This document shows, piece after piece, positions 28,182 through 37,076 of a stretch of DNA of 64,000 bases (the first letter of the stretch is position 1; each line of letters starts with the position of its first letter). The DNA is from Candidatus Latescibacterota bacterium (lineage in GTDB: Bacteria; Latescibacterota; UBA2968; UBA8231). The stretch is from positions 1,280,001-1,344,000 of the forward strand of contig OZ242005.1 in assembly GCA_965204725.1 (NCBI GenBank), given 5' to 3'. The notes beneath the pieces are model-generated. The model was not told where the DNA came from and made no database searches. It saw nothing but the letters and a program-made list of their open reading frames with translations. A program made the position numbers and the translations under genes.

Positions 28182-30098
28182 ATGCGAAAGACCTGTATCC
28201 GACTTGTGCTCGCCCTCGTTTGCCTGACTGGCGGCGCGGATGCGCTGACGATTTATCGGATCGGCGGGGCGTCGCTGCCGCGGCCGGAGTTGGCCGAGGG
28301 AGTGGAGTTTGTGCAGCTCGATTGGGGGGCGGTGGAAGCGGCCCAGCATGGCCACGTCGAATCCCTGAAAATCGATGCGGACTTCGTCGAGCCGGAGCAA
28401 CTGGACCCGTCGGTGAACCTGACGCCGCGCCTCAAGGAGCGCGGAGGCCGGGTGCAGACGCTGGTCTGGCGGGGCTGGGAGCAAAGCGGCGACACCGAGG
28501 CCGTGCTCTGGGACGAAGATGTCGAGACCGTTTTCTTGGGCGACGGGCACTGGACCACCTCGGGCATCGGCGTCCGCAACAAGAGCCTAATTTTCGAGTT
28601 CGGAGGCAACTTCACGGTGGAGCGCGTCAAGTTCTATCCGCGGGCGCGCTTTGAGGAAGAGCGTTTTCTCCAGCGCTTTATCATCGGCATCAGCGACGGC
28701 AACCCGCTCAAAGAGGGCACACGCGAGTACTCGGCCGGGACGCGCGGCTCCTTCTTCGACTTCGACATCGTGCATCAGGCCACGGAGAACACGACCTCGG
28801 TGGTCGAACTGGACCTGCCGCCGGTGCCGATCCGCCGCATGCTCTTTGAAGCCCCGGAAAACACTCAGGGCATCTGGGAAATCGCCGAGTTTGAAATCTA
28901 CGGCAAGGGCTTTACGCCCACGGCGCGCTACGTGTCCAATGTCCTCGATTTGGGCGGGCGAGCCGCGCTGGGCGAACTTAGCTGGGGTAGCCAAGTCGAT
29001 CCGGGCGCGCAAATTGAGCTGAGTATGCGCGCCGGCGACGACAGCGACCCCAACACCTATTGGCGCAGCACGTTCCGCGGCGATGAGCGGACTCGACTCG
29101 ATGCCCGGGGGCGGCCTTTGACCCGGCGGTCGTACAATCGGCTGGAGCGGGCGCAGCAGGCCGGAATGACGCCCGATACTGAAAACTGGGAAGGCTGGAG
29201 CGCGGCCTACGACTTGGCGCTGGGCAGCGCACCCATGCAGGGGACGCGACCGCGGCAATTCGTGCAGCTTAGGGCCCGCTTCCAATCTACGGTAGAGGCT
29301 GGTGGGCGGCTGAACTTCGTGCAATTCGCCGCGTCTAGGCCGCCGATGGCCTCCTTAGTTTCGGCCGAGATCGCGCCGACCCTAGCGCCGACGGGCGCGG
29401 CGACCGAGTTCACGTACATGCTGCTGCCGCGACTGGCGGCCGAAGACTTGGGTTTCGACGCCATTGAGATTGACACGCCGACCCAGGCCGAGGGCATTGA
29501 CGCGGTGCGCTACAGCGGCGAAGAGGTGGCCTTTGCGGTGCGACGGCTCGATGAGCGCGGCTTTGAGATTGAAGTGCCGCGGATCGATCAGGCCCGCGAT
29601 GGCGAGCTGATAGAAGTGGTCTTTCGCTGCGAGGTGTTCAAGTTCGGGACCCTGTTTGCCGGTCGCGTCCACGACAGCACGAGGCCGGGGGAAGTGCGCC
29701 AAGTGGTGACGCCGGGCGAGGTGGTCGAGCGGGTCGAGGGCAATACCCTGAGCGTGGGGCTGACCCAGATCGCCGAGCAGGTGGTCGGCGCGCTCCGGCT
29801 GGTGCCCGCCGCGTTCTCGCCCAACGGCGACCAGATCAACGACGCCGTGCGGATTGAATACGACTTATTGAATGTCAGCGGAAATGTCCAAGTAGCGGTG
29901 GTGCTCTACGATTTGCAGGGGGCGCGGCTCGGCGAGGTCTTCCGCGGCCCGGCGCAGAGCGGACCGTTTGCCGCCGTGTGGGATGGCCGGGACCCAACCG
30001 GCGCGCTGCTCGCGCCCGGGCTGTACGTCCTGCGCCTCGAAGTAGAGACCGACGGCGGCACCAAGGCCCGCTCGCGCATCGTCGCGCTGGCGTACTGA
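28182..30098 (+). CDS. Secreted FlgD-Ig/CHU_C-CTD protein (paralog 2, subtype B)
   Basis: Signal peptide ADA-LTIYRIGG; EIAEFEIYGKG; FSPNGDQIND, LYDLQG, WDGRD, APGLY; ends VALAY. Confidence 0.85.
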   Translation: MRKTCIRLVLALVCLTGGADALTIYRIGGASLPRPELAEGVEFVQLDWGAVEAAQHGHVESLKIDADFVEPEQLDPSVNLTPRLKERGGRVQTLVWRGWEQSGDTEAVLWDEDVETVFLGDGHWTTSGIGVRNKSLIFEFGGNFTVERVKFYPRARFEEERFLQRFIIGISDGNPLKEGTREYSAGTRGSFFDFDIVHQATENTTSVVELDLPPVPIRRMLFEAPENTQGIWEIAEFEIYGKGFTPTARYVSNVLDLGGRAALGELSWGSQVDPGAQIELSMRAGDDSDPNTYWRSTFRGDERTRLDARGRPLTRRSYNRLERAQQAGMTPDTENWEGWSAAYDLALGSAPMQGTRPRQFVQLRARFQSTVEAGGRLNFVQFAASRPPMASLVSAEIAPTLAPTGAATEFTYMLLPRLAAEDLGFDAIEIDTPTQAEGIDAVRYSGEEVAFAVRRLDERGFEIEVPRIDQARDGELIEVVFRCEVFKFGTLFAGRVHDSTRPGEVRQVVTPGEVVERVEGNTLSVGLTQIAEQVVGALRLVPAAFSPNGDQINDAVRIEYDLLNVSGNVQVAVVLYDLQGARLGEVFRGPAQSGPFAAVWDGRDPTGALLAPGLYVLRLEVETDGGTKARSRIVALAY

Positions 30099-30109
30099 GA
30101 GGAGCGGGA

Positions 30110-32746
30110 ATGCGCTGCATGGCCGTCGTTTTGCTAGGGGTCGCCGCGGTCCATGCCCAAGGAGGCTACCGGCTCACCGCCGACCAGCTCGTCATCGACC
30201 GCGCCGCGCACTGGCGCGCTTGGGAGTTTCCGGTGGGTACGCTGACGATCGATCCAAGCGGTGCGGTGACGCCGTTTGCCCTGCGCCGCAACATCGACGC
30301 CACCCAAGACATCGTCCACTTCTTGCGCCTGCATCCGCCCGAAGACCTCGCCCGGGACAAGGCCGTTGAGGCCATTGAACTCGCCGATGCCATAGAAGCG
30401 GGTTCCAACGCGCCCGGCGTGCTCAACGCGCTCGACGGGGACTTGGCGACCTACTGGGAGCCTGAGCCGGTCGGGGATGCTGCCGAGTTGGGTTCGCATT
30501 GGTGGTTTACCATCGATCTGGGCCGGTTGGTAATCGCCAAGCTCATCGTGCTCAAGTTCGTGGAAGAAGGGCGCGGCGATCCTTTCCTACAGTACGACGT
30601 GCTGATCTCCGACGGCGAGGTGCCGGAGAAGTTTATCTCTTCGGAGGAGCCGGAGTTCGATGTGGTGTGGCGCACGCTCAAGCCGAACAAGACCGAGCGG
30701 CGGCTGGAAATTTCCCTCGGCGAGCGCGCCGCCGCCGAGGAGCAGGAGCTGTCGGACCAGCCGCTCAACGCCCCGCCGACTTCGGCGGTTTCGACCGCGC
30801 AGCAAGAGTTCGTCGGCACTGGAGTGCGGCTGGTGCAGGTGGTGGTGCGCGGCTCGGATTTCGACCGCGGGTTCGAGGTCAGCCCGCCGGAGTACGAGGC
30901 GTTGCCGGCGGCTGAGCAGGGCGCGGTCGTCTATTCCAAGCTACAGCGCGACGGCCGTCGCACCGAGGTCGTTGCGGCCGATTACGCGCAGTTACCAGCC
31001 GACCAGCAGGGCGGGATCGCGTACTATCGCTGGGAGCGGCCCCGGCTGGCCGAACTCGAGGTTTGGCACGAGGGCGACGACGCGCTGATTGCCGCCTTGG
31101 CCCGGGGCGGCGACGTCTTTGCCTCGCAAGGGCTGCCCGTGGGACGGACCATCGACGGCAACGTGCAGACTTATGTCGATCTGATCTTCTCCTTCGACCG
31201 CCAGACCATTCCCGGTCCCGAAGGCCATTTGAGTTTCGACCTCGGCTCGACGTACTGGCTCGACACCTTTCGCATTGCCTACGGCGGCCAAGCGATCCGC
31301 GACCGCTTTAGCTTTCCCTCCTATCGGCTCGACGCCTCGGACGGGGCGCTCAATGCCGACGGCAGCCTCAAGTGGACCACTGTGGCCCGTCGCCAACAGT
31401 CGAGTACGCGCAAGGAATACGAGGGGCACGATTTCGGGCTGATTAAGACGCGCTTTTTTCGCATCGTGTGGGAGCAAATCATCGTGCCCGTCGGCGGGCA
31501 CCGGGGATTTCCCGCTTCGGTGCAGCTCTACGGCGAGGGGTTTCAGCCCGAGGTCTGGCTCGAGTCGGGCTTGGTGCGGCTGGGCGGGCGGCGGAATCTG
31601 CTGTCGATAGCATGGGACGCCGATGCGCCGCCGGGTACTCGGGTGCTGGTCCAGACGCGCACGGGCAATGAGTTGAGCGAGGTGCTGCACTATTTTAAGA
31701 AGGACGGCACGGAGATTTCCGAGAGGGAATACAACAATCCGACGCTCTTGGACATATTCAAGGGGCCGGTCGTCGCCGAGGAGGTGGAAGGGGATGACTG
31801 GAGCGGCTGGAGCCAGCCCTACGAGGACCCAACGGGCAGCGCGATTGCCTCGCCCAGCCCGCGCGAGTTCCTCAAGGTGCGAGCGACTCTGCTGTCTGAG
31901 GACCCGGCCATCCGCGCCGCGTTGCGGTCGATCCGCCTCAATTTTACCAGTCCGGTGGCCGAGGGGCTCGTCGGGGAGATCGCGCCGTTCCGGGTCGATT
32001 CGCTGGGCGTGGAGCGCTCCTTTTCTCTGTACGTGCGGCCGCAATTCAACCGCCGCGACCCGGGCTTCGATCAGTTGCTGCTGGTCGCGCCGGCCGATAT
32101 GACGCTCAGGTTTGCCGGGCTGTATGCGGGCCGAGTTGGGGCCGAGCGAGAAGTGGAGGGCGTTGAGGTCGTGCCTACGGGCGCGGACAGCTTGCGCCTC
32201 TCTTTTGCCGCGATTCGGCCCAATGCGGGCATTGAGGTCGTGCGCCTCGACTTTCGCACCGCGCTCTTTGGCATCGGCGCGGTGCTGCGTGCCTCATTGC
32301 AGCACAGTGCTGGGGGCGAGGGCACTTGGCAGCGGGTGGATCCGGGCAACGCGCTCGACGCGGTGGCGGGTAATACGACGACGCTGGTGGGCGATCCCAC
32401 ACGCGGGGACCTGCTGCTCGACGTGGAGGTGCGCCCGCCGGCCTTTACGCCCAATGGCGATGGGGTCAACGACCGTGCGGTTTTCGCCTTGAAGGTCGTG
32501 CGTCTCGACGACGATGGCCCGCTACAAGTCGCCATCTACGATCTGAGCGGTCGGCTGATGCGCCAACTTTCCGAGCAGCGAGCGACGACTACTGGGCAGT
32601 ACGAGATTGCTTGGGATGGCACGGACGAGCGGGGGGGGCGCGTCCCGCCGGGCGTGTATTGTGCGTTGCTCAGGGTGGCGGTGGACAGCGGGGGATTGAG
32701 CGCGGCGCGGACTGAGGTGTTGCGCACGGTGACGGTGGCCTATTGA
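30110..32746 (+). CDS. Secreted FlgD-Ig/CHU_C-CTD protein (paralog 3, subtype A)
   Basis: RBS AGGAG, signal peptide; HWRAWEFPVG; TIDLGR; QTRTGNE; SPSPREFL; FTPNGDGVND; ends VTVAY. Confidence 0.85.
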   Translation: MRCMAVVLLGVAAVHAQGGYRLTADQLVIDRAAHWRAWEFPVGTLTIDPSGAVTPFALRRNIDATQDIVHFLRLHPPEDLARDKAVEAIELADAIEAGSNAPGVLNALDGDLATYWEPEPVGDAAELGSHWWFTIDLGRLVIAKLIVLKFVEEGRGDPFLQYDVLISDGEVPEKFISSEEPEFDVVWRTLKPNKTERRLEISLGERAAAEEQELSDQPLNAPPTSAVSTAQQEFVGTGVRLVQVVVRGSDFDRGFEVSPPEYEALPAAEQGAVVYSKLQRDGRRTEVVAADYAQLPADQQGGIAYYRWERPRLAELEVWHEGDDALIAALARGGDVFASQGLPVGRTIDGNVQTYVDLIFSFDRQTIPGPEGHLSFDLGSTYWLDTFRIAYGGQAIRDRFSFPSYRLDASDGALNADGSLKWTTVARRQQSSTRKEYEGHDFGLIKTRFFRIVWEQIIVPVGGHRGFPASVQLYGEGFQPEVWLESGLVRLGGRRNLLSIAWDADAPPGTRVLVQTRTGNELSEVLHYFKKDGTEISEREYNNPTLLDIFKGPVVAEEVEGDDWSGWSQPYEDPTGSAIASPSPREFLKVRATLLSEDPAIRAALRSIRLNFTSPVAEGLVGEIAPFRVDSLGVERSFSLYVRPQFNRRDPGFDQLLLVAPADMTLRFAGLYAGRVGAEREVEGVEVVPTGADSLRLSFAAIRPNAGIEVVRLDFRTALFGIGAVLRASLQHSAGGEGTWQRVDPGNALDAVAGNTTTLVGDPTRGDLLLDVEVRPPAFTPNGDGVNDRAVFALKVVRLDDDGPLQVAIYDLSGRLMRQLSEQRATTTGQYEIAWDGTDERGGRVPPGVYCALLRVAVDSGGLSAARTEVLRTVTVAY

Positions 32747-32750
32747 AGGC

Positions 32751-32798
32751 GGCGATCATGCAGAGTACGATAACATACCCGATGCGAGAAAGGCGTGA
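32751..32798 (+). pseudogene. C-terminal relic of HigB toxin
   Basis: GDHAEYDNIPDARKA* matches the GTHAEYDKID tail of HigB; lies directly upstream of higA. Confidence 0.75.
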
Positions 32799-32801
32799 AT
32801 C

Positions 32802-33233
32802 ATGCACCGCTTAGATCCTATTCGCACTGAAGCTGATCACGAACGGGCTATGGGCCGTATTGATGAGCTGTGGGGATCGCCTATAGGCACTCCGCAGGGG
32901 GAAGAATTAAAAGCCTTATTCCTGTTGGTAGAAGCCTATGAGCGTGAGTGCTATCCGGTGCCTGATGTAGATCCGCTCGTCGCCATTGAGTTCGCTATGG
33001 ACCAAGCAGGGCTGACCGCAAAGGATGTGGAATCGTTACTGGCCCAGAACGGTGTAGTGGATGCCCGTATCGACGACATTCTATCAGGCAAGCACCCACT
33101 GAGGTTAGATGTAGCCAAAGCTCTTCATCGACACTTGAACATATCGCTGGAGGATCTCATTAAAAGAGGTGGAGCGAAAAAGAGAACAGAACAGACTAGG
33201 AAGATCGCCAAGCCCTCGACCGCGCCGTCTTGA
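32802..33233 (+). CDS. higA: HigA family HTH antitoxin
   Basis: PIRTEADHERAMGRIDELW...GTPQGEEL..L.LLVEAYE...P...DPLVAIEFAMDQAGLT. Confidence 0.85.
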   Translation: MHRLDPIRTEADHERAMGRIDELWGSPIGTPQGEELKALFLLVEAYERECYPVPDVDPLVAIEFAMDQAGLTAKDVESLLAQNGVVDARIDDILSGKHPLRLDVAKALHRHLNISLEDLIKRGGAKKRTEQTRKIAKPSTAPS

Positions 33234-33354
33234 TCGACCTATTGCACCTGCCCGAAGCGGCCCTCGAACCGCTCGCCATTTTGCGCGACCAATGGTGCGC
33301 CGAACCAAGTGTCCACGGGGGCAAAAAGACGCGGATTGACGCTAAGAAACGCTT

Positions 33355-34809
33355 ATGAGCCATAGACCCAACATTCTTTTTTTAATGGCCGACCAGATGC
33401 AGGCCCGCGTGCTCGCGCCCGATCACGTTTGTCAAACGCCGCACTTGGACCGGCTGGCCGGGGAAGGGGTGCGTTTTACGTGCGCCTATACGCCCAACAA
33501 CATTTGCTCGCCGACTCGGGCGAGCCTGATGACCGGGCTGATGCCGCACAACCACGGGGTGCTGGAGGTGCTCTATCCCAAGGTGCCGGATCTGCACGCG
33601 TTGCGCTCCGATAAGGCGCATTGGGCCGAGCGGTTGGTAGAAGCGGGCTATCGCACCGGGTATTTCGGCAAGTGGCACATTGAGCGCGACAATGCGCTGG
33701 GCCGTTTCGGCTGGCAGGTCAACGGGGCCGTTGGCAGTGCGCTCTACAATGAATTGGTCGCCGAGGTCTTGGGCGATACGCCGCGACGACCGGAGTGCGA
33801 TCCAGCGCATTACCTCGACCGGCCGCACGGCTATGGCCCCCATCTATTCTACGGGGTGACCGACCGGCCCGCCGAAGAGCGCGGCATGGGGCTGACGACG
33901 ACGCTGGCACTGCGCTATCTGGAGGAAGCGGTACAAGGCCGCGATCCGTGGTGTGCTTTTGTCAGCCTTGAGGAGCCGCACGATCCCTTTATCGCCGGCC
34001 GCGCATGGTACGACCACTATGCCGCTCAAGCACTGCCGCCGCCGCCCAACGCCGATGACGATCTGGCGGATCGGCCGGGGCTTTACCGCCGGGCGCAGGG
34101 CATTTGGCGTCAGCTCAACGAGGAGCAAAAGCGCGAGGCGCGGGCGTGTTACTTCGCATCAATTAGCGAAATAGATGCCCAATTCGGGCGGCTGCTCAAC
34201 TTTCTCAAAGACACGGGCAACCTCGACGACGCGGTCGTGGTCCTGTGCGCCGACCACGGGGATTTGTTGGGAGCGCACGGCCTGTTTTTCAAGGACATTT
34301 CCGCTTTTGAAGAAGTGTATCAAGTGCCGCTTATTGTGCGTGGACCTACGATTGCGAGGAATGCTGTTTGCGAGGGCCGAGTCGGCTTGCACGACCTGTG
34401 CCCGACGCTGTTGGAGCTGGCCGACTGCGAGCCTATTGCGGGGGCCGACTCCCGCTCGTTTGTCGGGCTGTTGCGCGAACCGGCAACTGTCGCCGCCGAA
34501 TGGACCCGAGGGTATGCCGAATACTTTGGCAACCGCCACCGGCTAACGCAACGGGTGGTGTGGGATGGGCCGTGGAAGTTCGTGTTTAACGGCTTTGATT
34601 TCGACGAGCTATACCAGCTCGACGACGACCCTTATGAAATGAAGAATCTGGCGCAGGAGCCTGCTTATGCCGAGCAGGTCGAGAAAATGACGCGGCTGTA
34701 TTGGCGTTATGCCCGCGACACAGGCGACACGCCCCTTGTTGAAACGCTCTATCCCGCGCTGCGTTTGGGTGCCGTGGGGCCGCTGGCGGCGGATGAAAAC
34801 CCTGCGTAG
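33355..34809 (+). CDS. Sulfatase (Cys-type, formylglycine-dependent)
   Basis: RPNILFLMADQ, CSPTRASLMTG, GKWH, DHGD, ELYQLDDDPYEMKNL. Confidence 0.93.
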   Translation: MSHRPNILFLMADQMQARVLAPDHVCQTPHLDRLAGEGVRFTCAYTPNNICSPTRASLMTGLMPHNHGVLEVLYPKVPDLHALRSDKAHWAERLVEAGYRTGYFGKWHIERDNALGRFGWQVNGAVGSALYNELVAEVLGDTPRRPECDPAHYLDRPHGYGPHLFYGVTDRPAEERGMGLTTTLALRYLEEAVQGRDPWCAFVSLEEPHDPFIAGRAWYDHYAAQALPPPPNADDDLADRPGLYRRAQGIWRQLNEEQKREARACYFASISEIDAQFGRLLNFLKDTGNLDDAVVVLCADHGDLLGAHGLFFKDISAFEEVYQVPLIVRGPTIARNAVCEGRVGLHDLCPTLLELADCEPIAGADSRSFVGLLREPATVAAEWTRGYAEYFGNRHRLTQRVVWDGPWKFVFNGFDFDELYQLDDDPYEMKNLAQEPAYAEQVEKMTRLYWRYARDTGDTPLVETLYPALRLGAVGPLAADENPA

Positions 34810-34818
34810 ATGCAGGTA

Positions 34819-35670
34819 TTATTCCGCTTCCAAGATCTCTGGGTCGAGTTGATACCAGAATACCTCGCCGGATTCGATGAGGTCCTGTACTCGGCGATCT
34901 CGGCGCAGGCCCGCGACCGCCGCATAGGTGCGCTTGCCGATGAGTTGGGCTAGGAACGCGGCGTTGCGCTGGGCGCGGGTCGTGTCGCGCCCGTTGACCG
35001 TGAAGGAGATTTCCACGGCGACGTAGCAGGGCTCGCCGTTGTCTGGATCGGTGGCCTCCATAATCAAGTCGGCTCGGCGGAAGCTCTGCAACTCGTTGGG
35101 AGGAATATCTGCTGGGACGTGCTCGGTCAGTGCCCAGAGGTCGGCCGGGGTGAGATCCTTAATCCACCGAAGGCCCATGCTACCGGCGATGAAGGGGGCC
35201 TCTCTGAGAGCGGCGTTCCGGGCGTGGGCCCCTTTGAGTATGCCTACATCGTCTTGGACGGACTGCACTCTCGTTTTGAGTATGCCTACATCGTCTTGGA
35301 CGGACTGCACTCTCGTTTCGAGGGCCTCAAAGCGCTTGTCCGTAGCCGCGGCAAAGCTGTTCATCTCGGCGACGAAGCTGTTCATCTTGACGATGAATTT
35401 GTTGGTTTCAGCAATGAATTTGCTGGTTTCGGCGATGAATTTGTTGGTCTCGGCAATGAATTTGCTGGTTTCAGCAATGAATTTGTTGGTTTCGGCGGCA
35501 AAGCTATTCATCTCGGCGACAAAGCTGTTCATCTCTGCGGCGAACTGGGCAAATTTTTCGGGCAGGTTGAGTAGGTCGGGCGTCAGCAGCCGAGTACGCA
35601 GGGCTTCAACCCATTCGGGGTTTTCGTCCAGTGCGTGCAATAGGTCTTCTACGGTGTGAATGATGGTCAT
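34819..35670 (-). CDS. Heptad-repeat coiled-coil protein with degenerate PD-(D/E)XK-like C-terminal domain
   Basis: EDLLHALDENPEWVEALR, (AE[MT][NS][SK]F[IVA])n, RADLIM...YVAVEISFT..RD..RA. Confidence 0.75.
   Translation of the reverse strand: MTIIHTVEDLLHALDENPEWVEALRTRLLTPDLLNLPEKFAQFAAEMNSFVAEMNSFAAETNKFIAETSKFIAETNKFIAETSKFIAETNKFIVKMNSFVAEMNSFAAATDKRFEALETRVQSVQDDVGILKTRVQSVQDDVGILKGAHARNAALREAPFIAGSMGLRWIKDLTPADLWALTEHVPADIPPNELQSFRRADLIMEATDPDNGEPCYVAVEISFTVNGRDTTRAQRNAAFLAQLIGKRTYAAVAGLRRDRRVQDLIESGEVFWYQLDPEILEAE
35233..35316. repeat. Exact 42-bp tandem duplication (x2), in frame
   Basis: TTTGAGTATGCCTACATCGTCTTGGACGGACTGCACTCTCGT at 35233 and 35275; encodes TRVQSVQDDVGILK twice. 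Confidence 0.95.
35350..35538. repeat. 21-bp tandem repeat, 9 degenerate units
   Basis: Units such as AATGAATTTGCTGGTTTCGGC and GGCAAAGCTGTTCATCTCGGC; each encodes one heptad. Confidence 0.92.
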
Positions 35671-35793
35671 AGCTTTCCTGCGCGGGCCGTTTTAGCTCGC
35701 GTCCGATTGGCCAGAGAGAATGTACGCTAACGGGAAGGAATTTTCAATTCGTTGGGAACGCACTTGCTACGCGACACCAGCGGCCCGCTTGCC

Positions 35794-35858
35794 AAGGATC
35801 GAGGGCATCTTGCCCTCGTCGAGGGCGGGACGCCCTCGATCCTGGACGCAGCGGCAAC
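35794..35858. repeat. REP-like palindrome, copy 1 (double hairpin)
   Basis: AAGGATCGAGGGCATCTTGCCCTCG-TCGAGGGCGGGACGCCCTCGATCCTGG; related to 38868-38915. Confidence 0.75.
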
Positions 35859-35924
35859 CAACATCGGCCACATCTACTTTGAGCAAGGCCGCTTGGACGA
35901 GGCGATCTGAGCCATTGAGGAGCA

Positions 35925-35953
35925 TTGACAACACAAGAGCCGTTTGTTATGAC
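35925..35953 (+). promoter_or_regulatory. sigma70-like promoter upstream of 36049
   Basis: TTGACA, 17 nt, TATGAC, with TG in the extended -10 position. Confidence 0.45.
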
Positions 35954-36048
35954 TAACAACTCAATGCCGCTGCAAAGTGCGCTCCGAGTTCATCGGCGCG
36001 AGAATTTTGCGGCAACCCCCATTTTAGGATAGGAGAGGGAGACAAGCC

Positions 36049-36993
36049 ATGAGGAAACTATTAACGCTGAGTGTGGCCGTATCGCTTTTGGGGCTCGGCT
36101 CGCCTTCTTTGGCACATGTGCCCGAGGGGCTAATTCTGGGCGTCTGGCAGTGGCCCACGTCGCATCTGCCGGTGATGGACGGCGATATTTCCGAGTGGGA
36201 CGTAGTGCCCGACAATTTGTGGCTCACGCCGTTCAGCGAGTTCAACGGCGAGCTCCTGCACGTGGTAGTAGCCGGCGAGGTTGGAGCCGAGGTCAATACC
36301 GCCGATCTGAACTTCCGCTGGACCGCAGGCTGGAACGACGAGCTGGACCGCCTCTACTTCGTCTATGACCGCTTCGACGATCTATGGGATCGCGATGCCG
36401 GCGGCGTGGGCGGGGCGGGCGGAGACGACAGCTTTGAGATCAACCTCGACGCCAACCACGGCGGCGATGTCTCGTGGTTTGGCGCCGACGATTTCGACAC
36501 CGAAGAGGAAGTGCTGCGCAACCGGGGCCGCCTCAACCAGATGAGCCACTACCGCTGGCCGCCGATGGAGCCGATTGGCTGGAACTGGCTTTGGGCCTCA
36601 AGCGCCACTTGGCACGACGTCGAGCCTTATTCCTGCTGCGGCGATTCCTTCAACCTCAACGGCGCACACGCCACCGAGGCGACCTTCCAAGCGGAGTGGT
36701 GGACCGTGGGCTGGGACGATTTCGACCATGCGTCGCCTGAAAACAGCGTCCAGCACGCCTTCAGCGAAAACGATATTATCGGCTTGGGGATCTCGATCAT
36801 CGACAACGACGTGGGCACGGACAACGAGACCGACCGCCGCTTCGCCGCTTGGCGCATGGGCGGTCAGCGCTGCGGCAACGGCGACGGCAAGTGCATCACC
36901 GACTTCATCTTGCTGCCAGCGCAGCCGGATCTGTTGCCAACCTCCGTTGAAAACGATAGCTGGGGTCACATCAAGGCTTCGTACATGCAGTAG
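36049..36993 (+). CDS. Secreted CBM9/DOMON-like protein with C-terminal TSVxxxSWGxIK motif
   Basis: Signal peptide SLA-HVP; PVMDGDISEW, RLYF, DDSFEINLD; ends TSVENDSWGHIKASYMQ. Paralog of 55288. Confidence 0.75.
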   Translation: MRKLLTLSVAVSLLGLGSPSLAHVPEGLILGVWQWPTSHLPVMDGDISEWDVVPDNLWLTPFSEFNGELLHVVVAGEVGAEVNTADLNFRWTAGWNDELDRLYFVYDRFDDLWDRDAGGVGGAGGDDSFEINLDANHGGDVSWFGADDFDTEEEVLRNRGRLNQMSHYRWPPMEPIGWNWLWASSATWHDVEPYSCCGDSFNLNGAHATEATFQAEWWTVGWDDFDHASPENSVQHAFSENDIIGLGISIIDNDVGTDNETDRRFAAWRMGGQRCGNGDGKCITDFILLPAQPDLLPTSVENDSWGHIKASYMQ

Positions 36994-37020
36994 TTGGCCC
37001 GGTGGTTTTCGGGTTGGACT

Positions 37021-37061
37021 AGGGGAGGCAGATCAACGGCGATCTGCCTCCCTTGTTTTTT
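37021..37061 (+). terminator. Rho-independent terminator
   Basis: AGGGGAGGCAGATC-AACGGC-GATCTGCCTCCCTT followed by GTTTTTT. Confidence 0.85.
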
Positions 37062-37076
37062 AGTGCCTAGGATACC

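Noticed and set aside
30992-32044. Long antisense or alternate-frame ORFs (also 42101-43132, 47208-48377, 26031-26894)
   Set aside because: Arg/Pro/Ala-rich or motif-free translations overlapping well-supported genes.
35350-35538. Possible CRISPR array
   Set aside because: Units are contiguous 21-mers with no unique spacers, lie in frame in a CDS, and no cas genes are present.
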